A DNA stretch of 64,000 nucleotides from Candidatus Eiseniibacteriota bacterium (GTDB taxonomy: Bacteria > Eisenbacteria > RBG-16-71-46), in assembly GCA_963717935.1 (NCBI GenBank), contig CAVQXP010000004.1:1696001-1760000 (forward strand). Reading direction: 5' to 3'. The notes beneath the pieces are model-generated. The model saw only the letters and a program-made list of their open reading frames with translations, did not search any database and was not told where the DNA came from. How positions within the stretch are numbered: the first letter of the stretch is position 1; every line of letters begins with the position of its first letter. A program made the translations under genes and the position numbers. Positions 46,499 through 57,208 of the stretch are shown here, piece after piece.

Positions 46499-47314
46499 AT
46501 GGGAGGCTTCCTCCCGCCTGCCGAGCGCCGCAGCGGGGTCCTGCTCGGACTCTACGCGGCGATTGCTCTGCTGCTCCTGCTCACCGGTGACCGCATCCCG
46601 CAGGCCGGACTGCGCGGCGCTGGCGCCTGGCTGTTCGCCCCGTTCGATCGGCTGGTGCTGGTCGTCGACCGGCTGGGCGCCGCCTGGCGCGAGAACGAGC
46701 GCCTGCACGAGCGCATCACCCGTCTGGAGCTCGAGGCCGCCCGGCTGCGCCGTGCGGGCGTGGAGAACCTGCGGTTGCGCGACAGCCTGGGCCTGCCGGC
46801 CTATCGGGCGTTGATGCTGCGGCCGGTCGAGGTGCTCGCGCTGGCGGGCGAACCGGTCTCAGCCTCGGCCACGCTGAGCGCGGGCGCCTCGCGGGGCGTG
46901 AACGTGGGCGACGCGGTGGTGACGAGCGACGGGCTGGTGGGCCGGATCGGGGAGGTCTATGCCGGGCTCTCCCGCGTCATCCTGCTCACCGACCCGAACT
47001 CCGCCGTGGCCTGCGAGGTGGAGAGCACGGGGGTCCAGGGCGTGCTGCGCTTCTTCGCCTTCCCGCGACCGCAGTTGCTGCTGACCGGGGTGCCGATGGC
47101 GGACACCGTGCGCGTGGGGCAGCTCGTGCTCACCTCCGGGCTCTCGGTGCGCTATCCACGCGGGTTGCCGGTGGGCCGCATCGAGCGACTCGCTCGCGAC
47201 GTGAGCGGCCTCACGCACGAGATCGAGATCGCGCCGGCAGCGCGCCTGTCGCGGCTGCGCCACGCCTACGTGGTGCCCGGACCCGCCCGCCGGGGCGCGG
47301 AGGCGAGGCGATGA
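46499..47314 (+). CDS. mreC: Rod shape-determining protein MreC
   Basis: TM helix, coiled coil ENERL...ENLRLR, GLVGRI, VILLTD, VLTSGL..YPRGLPVG. Confidence 0.92.
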   Translation: MGGFLPPAERRSGVLLGLYAAIALLLLLTGDRIPQAGLRGAGAWLFAPFDRLVLVVDRLGAAWRENERLHERITRLELEAARLRRAGVENLRLRDSLGLPAYRALMLRPVEVLALAGEPVSASATLSAGASRGVNVGDAVVTSDGLVGRIGEVYAGLSRVILLTDPNSAVACEVESTGVQGVLRFFAFPRPQLLLTGVPMADTVRVGQLVLTSGLSVRYPRGLPVGRIERLARDVSGLTHEIEIAPAARLSRLRHAYVVPGPARRGAEARR

Positions 47315-47825
47315 GGGTGTTCGTCGGTCTGCTGCTGCTCGCGGGCGCGGCGCTGCTCATCCGCTCGACCGCGCTCTCGGTGCTCGCGGCGCGCGGCGTC
47401 ATCGTGGACGTGCTGGCTTTCGTCACCGTGGTGTGGGCCCTGCGCTGGGGCGAGAGTCACGGACTCGACCTTCGGTTTCGTGCTGGGACTGGCGGCCGAC
47501 CTGGATGCGAGCGCACTGGCTGGGGCGGCACGCGCTGGCGCTGGCGCTGGTGGGCTACGGGATCGGCCGGCTCTCGCGCGCACTGGTGCGCGACAACCCG
47601 GCGACGCAGTTCATGCTCATCTTCGTCGCCACGCTGGTCCACCAGGCCTGGGTTCTTGCCTTCGAACTGGGCGGGATCGCGGGCTGGCGGTTCCTGCTCG
47701 GGCATGTGGTGGTCTCCGGCCTGGTCACCGCACCGCTCGGCGTGCTCGTGCTTGCTCTCGTCAGCCTCGGGAGCGGAAGGTCGTTGTTCAGCCGTGCTGC
47801 CATCGAAACCACACCGCGAACGTAG
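47311..47825 (+). CDS. mreD: Rod shape-determining protein MreD (apparent frameshifts near 47460 and 47505)
   Basis: Hydrophobic protein between mreC and mrdA; fragments 'VDVLAFVTVVWAL', 'GFVLGLAADL' and 'WLGRHALAL' lie in three frames. Confidence 0.8.
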
Positions 47826-49670
47826 GCACGAGCGACATCGCCTGCTCGTCGCCCTGACGCTGACGGGCTTCGGCCTGACGGTGCTGGGCCTGGTGCGCCT
47901 GCAGATCGTGGATGGGGCGAAATACGCCGGGCTGGCGAAGGAGAACCGGGTGCGGCCGGAGGTGCTGCGGGCGCCCCGCGGCACGATCTACGACCGTCAT
48001 GGCGAATTGCTCGCCGACAGCGCCCCGAGCTTCGACATCGTCTTCCAGCCCTTCCCGGCCGAGAGCACGCAGCGCGTGCGGGAGACGATGAGCCCGGCGT
48101 GGCTCGTGCGCGTCGGTGCCCTGGTCGAGCTCGACTCGGCCGAGGTCCGGCGCCGCGTGGACTTCGCCAACCTCACGGGCCAGAGCGCGCTGCTCCGGCG
48201 CGACGCTCCATTCGCCATGCTGCGCGGGGGTGGAGGAGACGCGCAGCGAGCTGCCGGGCATCGAGGTCCAGGTGGAGCCCCTGCGGCACTACCCCTACGG
48301 CACGCTCGCCGCGCATCTGCTGGGCTACGCGGGGGAGATCGGCGGCGCCGAGCTGGACACGCTCAAGGCTGCGGACTACCGGCCGGGTGACCTCATCGGC
48401 CGCACGGGGGTCGAGCGCAGCTACGAGGACTTCCTGCGCGGGCAGGACGGCGTGGAGTACGTCGTCGTGAACGCCCGCGGACGGCGGGTCTCCACGCTCA
48501 AGGAGTCCGGCGCGCGGGCGCCGGTGCCGGGGCAGGACCTGGTGCTCACGCTCGACCTCAAGGTGCAGCGCGCCCTCGAGGAGGTGATGGCCGATGTCCC
48601 GCGCGGCGCGGCGGTGGTGCTCGACCCGCGCGACGGCGGCATCCTCGCGATGGTGAGCCGGCCGACCTTCGATCCCAACGAGTTCTCGCACGGCCTGAGC
48701 CACGCGCGCTGGAAGGAGCTGAGCGAGGGCGGGGCCAACCCGCTGCTGCACCGGGCCATCCAGGGCGTCTATCCGCCCGGGTCCACGTTCAAGATCATCA
48801 CGATGAGCGCGGCTCTCGCCCGCGGCGTGGCCCGGGCCGCCACGCGTCTCGCGCCCTGCGCCGGCGGCATGAACTACGGCGGGCGGCGGTTCGCCTGCTG
48901 GGAGCACCGAGGCCACGGCTCCCTCGACCTGATCGAAGCGCTCCAGCACTCCTGCGACGTCTATTTCTACCAGCTGGGACTCAGGCTGGGGCTCGCTGGG
49001 CTCGAGGAGACGGCGAAGGCCCTGGGGCTCGGGGCGCGCACCGGCGTGGACCTGCCCCAGGAGGCACGGGGCCTCATCCCGAGCGCGGCCTACTACGACA
49101 GGCGCTGGGGGGCGGGGCGCTGGCGCTCGGGGCTGCTGCTGAACCTCGCGATCGGGCAGGGCGAGTTGCTGCTGACCCCGCTGCAACTCGCCCTGTTCAC
49201 CGCCGAGGCCGCGAACGACGGCCGGCCGTTGCGCCCGCACGTGGTCGAGCGCGTGGGGCGCGCACGGGCATTCCGGCCGGCCCGGCCCGTGCAGCCGGGG
49301 CTCCCGGCCGACTCCGCGATCTGGCGGCCGGTGCACGAGGCGATGGAGCGCGTGGTGGCCGCGGGCACGGGCAGCGCGGCGCGGGTGCCGGGTGTGCGCG
49401 TGGCGGGCAAGACCGGCACGGCGCAGAACCCGCACGGCCAGGACCACGCGCTCTTCGTCTGCTACGCTCCGATGGACTCGCCGCGCGTGGCGGTGGCCAT
49501 CGTCATCGAGAACGCCGGGCACGGTGGCAGCGTCTGTGCACCCCGGGCAGGGGCGCATGTTGCGGCGGCTGTTCCTGCCCGACTCGCTGCAGCGGCCGGT
49601 GGTGCGGTCTGCACCGCGTGATCCGGTCCAGCCGGCCGCGCTCGACACGGGGGTGGTGAATGGCGATTAG
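47794..49670 (+). CDS. mrdA: Penicillin-binding protein 2 (apparent frameshifts near 48225 and 49550)
   Basis: RLQIVDG..Y...AKENR, APRGTIYDRHG; YPPGSTFK (SxxK), SCDVYFY, AIGQG, VAGKTGTAQ. Confidence 0.92.
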
Positions 49671-50886
49671 GTCGAGGCTGAGGCTGCCCCCGCTCGACAT
49701 GCCGCTGCTGCTGGCGGCCCTGGCGCTCGTCTGCCTGGGACTGCTCACGGTCTACAGCGCCACCTCCATCCCGGGTGCTCACCAGGGTCTGTGGACGCGG
49801 CAACTGGCCTGGGCCGGCATCGCCGTCGTCGTGGCCTGGATCGTGGCCAGCATCCACTACCGGGCCTACGACGCGCTGGCCTGGCCGCTCTACGTCCTCT
49901 CGGTGCTGCTGCTCGTGCTCGTGCTGGTGAAGGGCTCGAGCGCCATGGGGGCGAAGCGCTGGCTCGACCTGGGGCCTCTGCACTTCCAGCCCTCGGAGCT
50001 GGCCAAGGTGGCGACGGTGATCCTCCTGGCCCGGCGCTTCGACCAGGAGAAGCTCGACCTGCGCCGTTTCACGCACTGGTTCTCCGCGCTGCTGATCGTC
50101 CTGGTCCCCTTCGCGCTCGTGGCGAAGGAGCCCGACCTCGGGACCTCGCTCACCTTCCCCGTGATCCTGATCACCATGTACTTCTGGGCCGGCATGCCGG
50201 TGGGCCAGCTCCTGCTCGGGCTCTCACCGGTGCTCAACGCGGCGCTGTTCTTCCTCACCGGCGGGTTGTGGTGGTCGGCCGGGCTGGTGGCCGTCCTGCT
50301 CGGCGCCGTGCGCCCGAGGCTGGCGACGCTGATCATGGTGCTGCTGCTCAACGTCGCCGTGGGCTATGCCCTGCCCCACGTCTGGAACCACATGCACGAC
50401 TACCAGAAGCGGCGCATCGTGACCTTCCTGAATCCGGGCGAGGACCCGTACCGCGCCGGCTACCAGATCATCCAGTCGCGCATCGCCATCGGCTCGGGCG
50501 GGTTCAAGGGCACGGGCTACCTCAAGGGCACGCAGAAGGGCCTGGCGTTCCTGCCCATGCGCCACACCGACTTCATCTTCTCGGTGGTGGGCGAGGAGTG
50601 GGGATTGCTGGGGACCGTGACCGTGGTGCTACTGTACGCGTTGCTCGTGCTGCGGGGCTTCCGGCTGGCGCTGGTGGCCCGCAGCGGTTTCGCGAGCCTG
50701 CTCGCCGTGGGCGTGGTGAGCGCGCTCTTCTATCACATCATGGTGAACATCCTGATGACCATCGGCTGGGCGCCCGTGACCGGGCTGCCCCTGCCGTTCA
50801 TCTCCTACGGAGGCACCGCGCTGGTGGCGAACGGCATCCAGATCGGGCTGCTCCAGAACGTGGCCATCCGCCGCTTGGAGTTGTGA
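49660..50886 (+). CDS. rodA: SEDS peptidoglycan glycosyltransferase RodA
   Basis: GAKRWL, FQPSELAK, EPDLGT, GYQIIQSRIAIGSGG, HTDFIFSV, GLPLPFISYGGT. Confidence 0.96.
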   Translation: MAIRSRLRLPPLDMPLLLAALALVCLGLLTVYSATSIPGAHQGLWTRQLAWAGIAVVVAWIVASIHYRAYDALAWPLYVLSVLLLVLVLVKGSSAMGAKRWLDLGPLHFQPSELAKVATVILLARRFDQEKLDLRRFTHWFSALLIVLVPFALVAKEPDLGTSLTFPVILITMYFWAGMPVGQLLLGLSPVLNAALFFLTGGLWWSAGLVAVLLGAVRPRLATLIMVLLLNVAVGYALPHVWNHMHDYQKRRIVTFLNPGEDPYRAGYQIIQSRIAIGSGGFKGTGYLKGTQKGLAFLPMRHTDFIFSVVGEEWGLLGTVTVVLLYALLVLRGFRLALVARSGFASLLAVGVVSALFYHIMVNILMTIGWAPVTGLPLPFISYGGTALVANGIQIGLLQNVAIRRLEL

Positions 50887-50887
50887 C

Positions 50888-51700
50888 GTGCATCCCGAGA
50901 TCCTGCACTGGGGAGTGCTGCGCATCACGTCGTACGGCCTGATGCTGGCCATCGCGTTCCTGGCCGGCACCTGGCTCGCGTTGCGCGAGTCGCGCCGGCT
51001 GGGGCTGGATGAGGACCGGATCGTGATGCGTGATCCTCGTCGCCCTGGTGGCCGGGGTGGTGGGTGCGCGGGCCCTCTACGTGGTCGAGCACCTGCGGGA
51101 TTTCCGCGGCAGCTACCTGAGCGTGCTCGCGCTGTGGCAGGGCGGGCTCACGCTCTACGGCGGCATCGTGGCGGGCACCGTGGCGGGGCTGTTCGTGGCG
51201 CGCCGCACGCGGGCTGCCCATGTGGGTGACGGCCGATGCGCTGGCGCCGTCCCTGGCGCTCGGCACGGTGTTCGGGCGCGTGGGCTGCTTCCTGAACGGC
51301 TGCTGCTACGGGCATCCCACGCGGCTGCCCTGGGGCGTGGTCTTCCCGGCGGACTCCTTCGCGGGTCTCGAGCTTCGGCCCGGTGCCCGTGCATCCCGCG
51401 CAGCTCTACTTCGCCGCGGCGGGTCTGGTCCTGTTCCTGGTGGTCTGGGTGGTGCGCCGCCGGGTGCGGGTGCCGGGGGTGCTCTTCTGGAGCCTGATCG
51501 CGCTGCTGGCTCTGGTGCGCATCCCGCTCGACCTGACCCGGGTCTACGAGGCCGGGGCCATCGTCGTGGAACTCGGGCTCGTGCGCGTCAGCGAGAGCCA
51601 GGTCACGAGCGCGGCGCTCCTGCTCTTCGCCCTGCTCATGATCGCGCGGCTGAGGCGCGAGTCGCGCCCGGCCGCGGCCCCCGTCGCGCCGCGTCCGTGA
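50888..51700 (+). CDS. lgt: Prolipoprotein diacylglyceryl transferase (about three apparent frameshifts)
   Basis: MHPEIL..SYGLM; GARALYV; WQGGLTLYGG; GRVGCFLNGCCYG; VHPAQLY, spread over successive frames. Confidence 0.88.
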
Positions 51701-52520
51701 GCGCGCCGGTGAGGCTGGCGGTGCTCGGCGATCCGCTGGCCTTCACGCTCTCGCCGGTGCTCCACCGCGCGGGGCTTGGGGCCCTCGGCCTGCCGGGCGG
51801 GTCGGAGGCGCTGCGCGTGCCGCGATCGCGCCTGGGCGCGGACGCTCGCCCGGCTCTGCGGCCGGCGGCTACCGCGGAGTGAACCTGACCCATCCGCTCA
51901 AGCGGGCGGCGCTCGCGCACCTGACCGAGACCTCGGACGCGGCGCGGCGTGCCGGCTCGGTGAACACCGTGCAGCTTCGGCGCCGGGCGTCACGCGGGGC
52001 GACACCACGGACGGGGCGGGGTTCGTGGCGCTGCTGGAGGATCTCGGGGCCGGGGTCGCGGGGGCGAGCGTGGTCCTGCTCGGCGCCGGGGGCGCCGCGC
52101 GCAGCCTGGGTCTGGCGCTGCTCGAGGCCGGGGCGGCGTCGCGTGACCGCGTGGGCGCGCCGGCCCGGCGAGGCGTCGGCGGCGTGGGGGGCGATCGCGG
52201 CGTGCGCGCGTGACGTGGGCTGGGACTCCGAAGAGGGCCGCGCCGCGCTGGCGGGCGCGAATCTGGTCGTGAACGCCACGCCGCTGACGGGGTCCGAGGA
52301 GCCGTGCGCGATCGGCCGCATCCCGCGCGGCGCGCGGGTCGTGGACCTGGTGTACGGGCCCGAGGTGACCCCGTGGGTGCGCGCAGCGCGCGCGGCCGGG
52401 CTCGAGGCGGTGGACGGGCTCGGGCTGCTCGTCTTCCAGGCGCGGTGCTCGCTGGCGCTGTGGACGGGGCGTGAGGTGCCGCTCGCGCCGCTCGCCGCCG
52501 CGGTGGGATGGCCGCGGTGA
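51697..52520 (+). CDS. aroE: Shikimate dehydrogenase (several apparent frameshifts)
   Basis: VLGDPLAFTLSPVLH; NLTHPLK; GSVNT; TTDG.GF; LGAGGAAR; VNATP; DLVY; DGLGLLVFQA. Confidence 0.85.
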
Positions 52521-53221
52521 GGCCGCAGGCGCTGCTGCGCGCGGCCGTGTCCGGGGCGCGGGACCTCGAGGCCTTCGCCCTGCCGCAGCGCTGCCCGGGC
52601 TGCGGGCAGCCGGCGGCGCCGGAGCGGCTGCTGTGCGGGGCCTGCTTCGAGCGCGTCCCGGCGCTCTCGTTCGCGTTGTGCGCGCGCTGCCTGGCGCGGG
52701 GGCGGGAGCCCGTCGGCTGCGGCCGCCACCCGCAGGCGCAGGTCTGGCCCGCCCTGGTCTACGACGAGCGCGCGGCGCTTCTGGTGCACGCGCTCAAGTA
52801 CGGTGGGCGCCCGGGGCTCGCGGACGCCCTCGCGGAGCGGCTCGCCCGCGCCCTGCCCGCCGCGCTCGCGGCGGACCTGGTGACCGCGGTGCCGCTGCAC
52901 GCGGCGCGCCGGCGCGAGCGGGGCTACAATCAGGCCTGGCGGCTGGCCGCGGGGCTCGCGAGCCGGCTGGGCGTGCCGGCGCTCGAGGACGTGCTCGTGC
53001 GCGTGCGCCACACGCCGGCGCAGGCGCGGCTCGATCCCGAACGCCGCCGCCGCAATCTGGCGGGTGCGTTCCGGGTGAGGGAGCCGCAGCGCTATCGGGA
53101 CCGGAGGGTGCTCATCGTGGACGACGTACTCACCACCGGCGCCACGCTCGAGGCCTGCCTCGGGACGCTGGCGGCGGTCGGGGCACGGCCGGTCGGCGCC
53201 GTGCTGGCCTGGGCCCAGTAG
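52508..53221 (+). CDS. comF: ComF family double zinc-ribbon phosphoribosyltransferase-like protein
   Basis: CPGC..C..C..CARC, LKYGG, VPLH..R.RERGYNQA, IVDDVLTTGATL. Confidence 0.92.
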   Translation: MAAVRPQALLRAAVSGARDLEAFALPQRCPGCGQPAAPERLLCGACFERVPALSFALCARCLARGREPVGCGRHPQAQVWPALVYDERAALLVHALKYGGRPGLADALAERLARALPAALAADLVTAVPLHAARRRERGYNQAWRLAAGLASRLGVPALEDVLVRVRHTPAQARLDPERRRRNLAGAFRVREPQRYRDRRVLIVDDVLTTGATLEACLGTLAAVGARPVGAVLAWAQ

Positions 53222-53879
53222 ATGTCCCACCTGCACATCCCCGACGGGGTGCTGCCCGTCCTGCTGTGGGCCCCGGGGCTGGGCCTGGCGCTGCTGTTGC
53301 TCGTGCTCGGCGCGCGCGCGCTGCGCGGAGCGTCGCCCCAGCGGCTGGCGTATCAGGGCGCGCTGGGCGCGCTGGTGCTGGCCGCGATGGCGGTGGAGGT
53401 GCCGCTCGGGCCGCTCGAGTACCACCTCACCCTGGTGGGCCCGGTGGGGGTGCTGCTCGGTCCGGCGGCGATCTTCCAGGTGGTGTTCGTGGCCAACGCG
53501 ATCCTGGCGCTGGTGGGTCACGGTGGACTCACGGTCGTGGGGCTCAACGCGCTGGTGCTCGGAGCGGGCGGGATCGCTGGCGCGCCCGGTCTACGTGGTG
53601 TTCGCGCGGCGCTGGAGACCGCCGGTCGCGCTGGCAGCGGCCACGGCAGTGACCCAGACCGTCTCGGGCGCGCTCTGGCTGGCGGTCATGACGGCTGCGT
53701 TGCACGTGCAGGCGGTCGGGCCGCACCGCGTGAAGCTGGTCGCGGGCGTGGTGTTCCCGTTGTACGTGGCGGGCATCGTGATCGAATCGGTGGTGGCCTT
53801 CGGGGTCGCGCGCTTCATCATCCGCGTGCGCCCGGACCTGCTCCCCGGCGGCGCGGCGCCCGCGGAGGAGCGGAAGTGA
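53222..53879 (+). CDS. cbiM: ECF transporter S component, CbiM/NikM family (apparent frameshift near 53575)
   Basis: N-terminal HIPDGVL, YHLTL, GHGGLTVVGLN; C-terminal IESVV...RVRPDLL in the next frame. Confidence 0.85.
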
Positions 53880-54595
53880 TCAACACGCTGGCGCAGATCG
53901 ACTACCTGGCGAGCGCGGGGCGGACGCCCTGGCACCGGGCCAGCGCCCTCTCGAAGCTGCTGCTCGCTGCGGGGCTCGTGCTGCTGGCGGTCTTCGCGCC
54001 TTCGCTCTGGCTCCTCGCAGGCCTCTATGCCGTGGCCTGGGCGCTGGCGCTCACGGCCCGGCTGCCCTGGCGCCTCACGCTCGTCGCCTCCGGCTACCCG
54101 GTCGCCTTCACGCTGCTCTTCCTGCTGGCGCGCTGGGACGGCACCCCGGGCACGCCGCTGCGGCTGCTGCTACGCCCCCTCACGGCGAGCCTCGCCGCGG
54201 TGTGGCTGGTGGGCACCACGCCCTATCCGGATCTCTTCACCCCGCTCTCGCGCCTGCTGCCGCGCAGCGTGGGCGACGGACTCTTCCTCACCTACCGCGC
54301 GCTCTTCGAATTGATGCGCCGCACCAGCGACCTGTGGCGCGCGCTGCGCCTGCGCGGGGGCACGAGCGGCCCCGCGCGGCGGCGGCTCACGCTGGCCGGC
54401 GAAGGCTTTGCCACCATGGTGCTGTACGGCTTCGAGCGCAGCGAGCGGCTCTATGCCACCATGCGCCTGCGCGGGCACAGCGGTCGCATCTGCGGCTGCC
54501 ATCACTTCGCCGAGGGGTCCCGGGCGGACCTGCTCGTCGCCGCCGCGGGACTGATCGTGATTGCCGGAGCGGTGCTGCTGTGGAGGATGCCGTGA
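53876..54595 (+). CDS. cbiQ: ECF transporter T component
   Basis: IDYLA...HRASA.SKLL, TTPYPDLF, LTYR, ALRLRG and TMRLRG conserved Arg motifs. Confidence 0.88.
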   Translation: MINTLAQIDYLASAGRTPWHRASALSKLLLAAGLVLLAVFAPSLWLLAGLYAVAWALALTARLPWRLTLVASGYPVAFTLLFLLARWDGTPGTPLRLLLRPLTASLAAVWLVGTTPYPDLFTPLSRLLPRSVGDGLFLTYRALFELMRRTSDLWRALRLRGGTSGPARRRLTLAGEGFATMVLYGFERSERLYATMRLRGHSGRICGCHHFAEGSRADLLVAAAGLIVIAGAVLLWRMP

Positions 54596-55549
54596 ACGAG
54601 CCGATCGTGCGCGTCTCGTGCGTGCGCCACACGTATCCCGACCGCAGCGAGGTCCACCTGTGCGGGCTCGACTTCGTCGTGGCCGCGGGCGAGCGCGTGG
54701 TGGTGGTGGGCCCGAACGGCTGCGGCAAGACCACGCTGCTCTTCCATATCCTGGGGCTGCTCGAGCCGCAGGAGGGCGAGGTCGTCGTCTTCGGCGTGGA
54801 CCCGGCGCGGCACTTCAACCGCATCCGCGAGCGGATCGGCGTGCTCATGCAGAACGTGGACGAGCAGATCATCGCGCCCACGGTCTGGGACGACGTCTCC
54901 TTCTCGCCGCGTTCCTACGGCTACGCCGGGCCCGAGGTCGAACGCATGGTGAGCGCGGCGCTGGACAAGGTCGGCATCGCTCATCTGCGCCACAAGGTCT
55001 GCCATCACCTCTCGGGTGGCGAGAAGCGGAAGGTCGCCCTGGCGGGCGCGCTGGTGCTGGAGCCCGAGTTGCTGGTGCTGGACGAGCCGTTCGAGGGGCT
55101 CGATCCCGCCTCCCGCAGCGACCTCGTCGAACTGCTGAACCGCCTGCACCGCGAGCAGGGTGTCTCGCTCGTGATGGCCACGCACGACATCAACGCCGTG
55201 CCGGTGATGGCCGACCGGGTCTACGTGCTGGTGGGGGGCGGTGAGATCGTGGCGCAGGGGCCGCCGCACGAGATCTTCCAGGATCCGGGGCTCCTGCGCC
55301 GCAGCAACGTCGAGCCGCCCGTGCTGGCCGAACTGTTCCAGCGGCTCGAGGAGCGGGGCGTGGCGCTCGGGCGTCCCGTGACCGTGGAGGAGGCGGCGCG
55401 CGCGATCCTCGCCTGGACCGCGAAGCACCCGCCGTGCAGGGACGCCGGCGACCTCGGGCCGCTGTTCGCCGCCGGGTGGCGGGGCGGAGAAGCCCGTCCG
55501 CGGCGCGGCCGATCCCGGCCCGGGCGCCGGAGGTCCGGAGAAGGCGTGA
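54592..55549 (+). CDS. cbiO: ECF transporter ATPase (3' end inferred; an apparent frameshift near 55480 reads into rarA)
   Basis: GPNGCGKTT, MQNVDEQIIAPTVWDDV, LSGGEKRKVALAG, LDEP, ATHD. A TGA at 55547 in the adjacent frame overlaps the rarA GTG. Confidence 0.88.
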
Positions 55550-56939
55550 CCGGCGACCTCTTCGGCCCCGTCGGGCCGCCGGGACCCCTTCCCAGGCAGC
55601 CGTCGGTGCCCGGTGAGCCGGCCGCCGACCGCACGCCGCTGGCCGACCGCATGCGGCCGCGCTCCTTCGACTGAGCTGGTCGGCCAGCCGCAGCTCTTCA
55701 CGCCCGGCTCGCCGCTCTCGCTGATGCGGGACGGCCGCCACCTCGCCTCGGTCATCCTCTGGGGCCCGCCGGGCACGGGCAAGACCACCCTCGCGCGCCT
55801 GATCGCGACCACCGCGGGCGTTCCCTTCGTGGCCTTCAGCGCCGTGCTCTCGGGCGTGAAGGAGGTCCGCGAGACCATGGAGCGGGCGACGCTCGAGCGG
55901 AAGCGCTCGGGCCGGCCCACGCTGCTCTTCGTGGACGAGATCCACCGCTTCAACAAGGCGCAGCAGGACGCCTTCCTCTCGTACGTCGAGAAGGGCGACA
56001 TCGTGCTGATCGGCGCCACCACCGAGAACCCCTCGTTCGAGGTGAACGCCGCGCTGCTGTCGCGCATGCGCGTCGTCGTGCTGCAAGGAGCTCGGGGTGG
56101 CGGACCTCATCGGTCCTGCTCGAGCGCGCGCTGGGCGACCGCTGACCGCGGGCTCCGAGGCGGGCACGCGGCCGAGCCGGGCGTCGCTGGAGCTCATCGC
56201 CGCGAGCGCCGATGGCGACGCCCGCCGCGCGCTCAACACGCTGGAGCTGGCCGCGGCCTCGGTGGGCGCCGTGCCACCGGGCGAGCCCGCGCTCATCAGC
56301 GTGGAAGTGGTGAAGCAGGCCCTGGCGCGCCGCCACCTGCGCTACGACCGCGCGGGCGAGGAGCACTTCAACCTGATCTCGGCGCTCCACAAGTCGCTGC
56401 GCGACTCGGACCCGCACGCCGGGCTCTACTGGCTGGCGCGCATGCTGGCGGCGGGCGAGGAGCCGCTCTACGTGGCGCGCCGGCTGGTGCGTTTCGCCAG
56501 CGAGGACGTGGGCAATGCCGACCCGCAGGCGCTCCCGCTGGCGGTCGCGGCCTTCCAGGCCTACCACCAGCTCGGCACGCCCGAGGGCGAACTGGCGCTG
56601 GCGCAGTGCGCCGTGTACCTCGCGACCGCGCCCAAGAGCAATGCCGTCTACGTGGGTCTCCGCAAGGCCATGGCCGAGGTGGAGAGGAGCGGCAGCCTGC
56701 CGCCGCCGCTGGTCATCCGCAACGCCCCCACGAGGCTCATGAAGGAGCTCGGGTACGGCAAGGACTACCGCTACGCGCACGACGAGCAGGGCGGCATCGC
56801 GGACCAGCAGCACCTGCCCGACGAACTCGCGGGGAGGCGCTTCTACGAGCCCACCGGGTCCGGCCAGGAGGCCGCGATCGCGGCGCGGATGAAGGAGTGG
56901 GAGCGTCTGCTGGAGGGCAAGCGGCGTCCGGGAGCCTGA
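55546..56939 (+). CDS. rarA: Replication-associated recombination protein A (apparent frameshifts near 55670 and 56090-56180)
   Basis: [84 protein letters not shown]. Confidence 0.93.
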
Positions 56940-57053
56940 GCGAGCCCGGCCGGACCCCGGGGCCGCGTCCCACACGCGGGATTCAGCCTGCGCCGCCCGG
57001 GCCGGGGCCGCATCTACCCGGATTGGTAGGTGCCATCCAGGCCCGGGCGGTGC

Positions 57054-57082
57054 TTGACTCGATCACATCTCGAACCTAATCT
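57054..57082 (+). promoter_or_regulatory. Sigma70-type promoter of the mrp-iscS-pdxST operon
   Basis: TTGACT (57054-57059), 17 nt, TAATCT (57077-57082). Confidence 0.7.
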
Positions 57083-57208
57083 AACCCGTTCTTGTCCAGC
57101 CGACTAGCGGGCTGGAGGGCCCGGAGCCGCGCCGGGCGCCGGGTCCGCCTGCCCCGGATGCCGGCGTTCTGCTCACCGGCCGCGCCTGCTTGGAGAGCCA
57201 CCCACCAC

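Noticed and set aside
53222..55674. CbiM-CbiQ and CbiO-RarA fusions
   Set aside because: Each downstream gene has a GTGA start/stop overlap (53876 and 55546), and single indels explain the read-through.
55672..55674. In-frame TGA in rarA as selenocysteine or stop-codon read-through
   Set aside because: The protein continues in a different frame (GAC-T-GAG), so this is a one-base insertion and not recoding.
57010..57120. Riboswitch or IscR box upstream of mrp-iscS
   Set aside because: Two short hairpins are present, but I recognise no SAM or other aptamer consensus and only half of an IscR-like palindrome.
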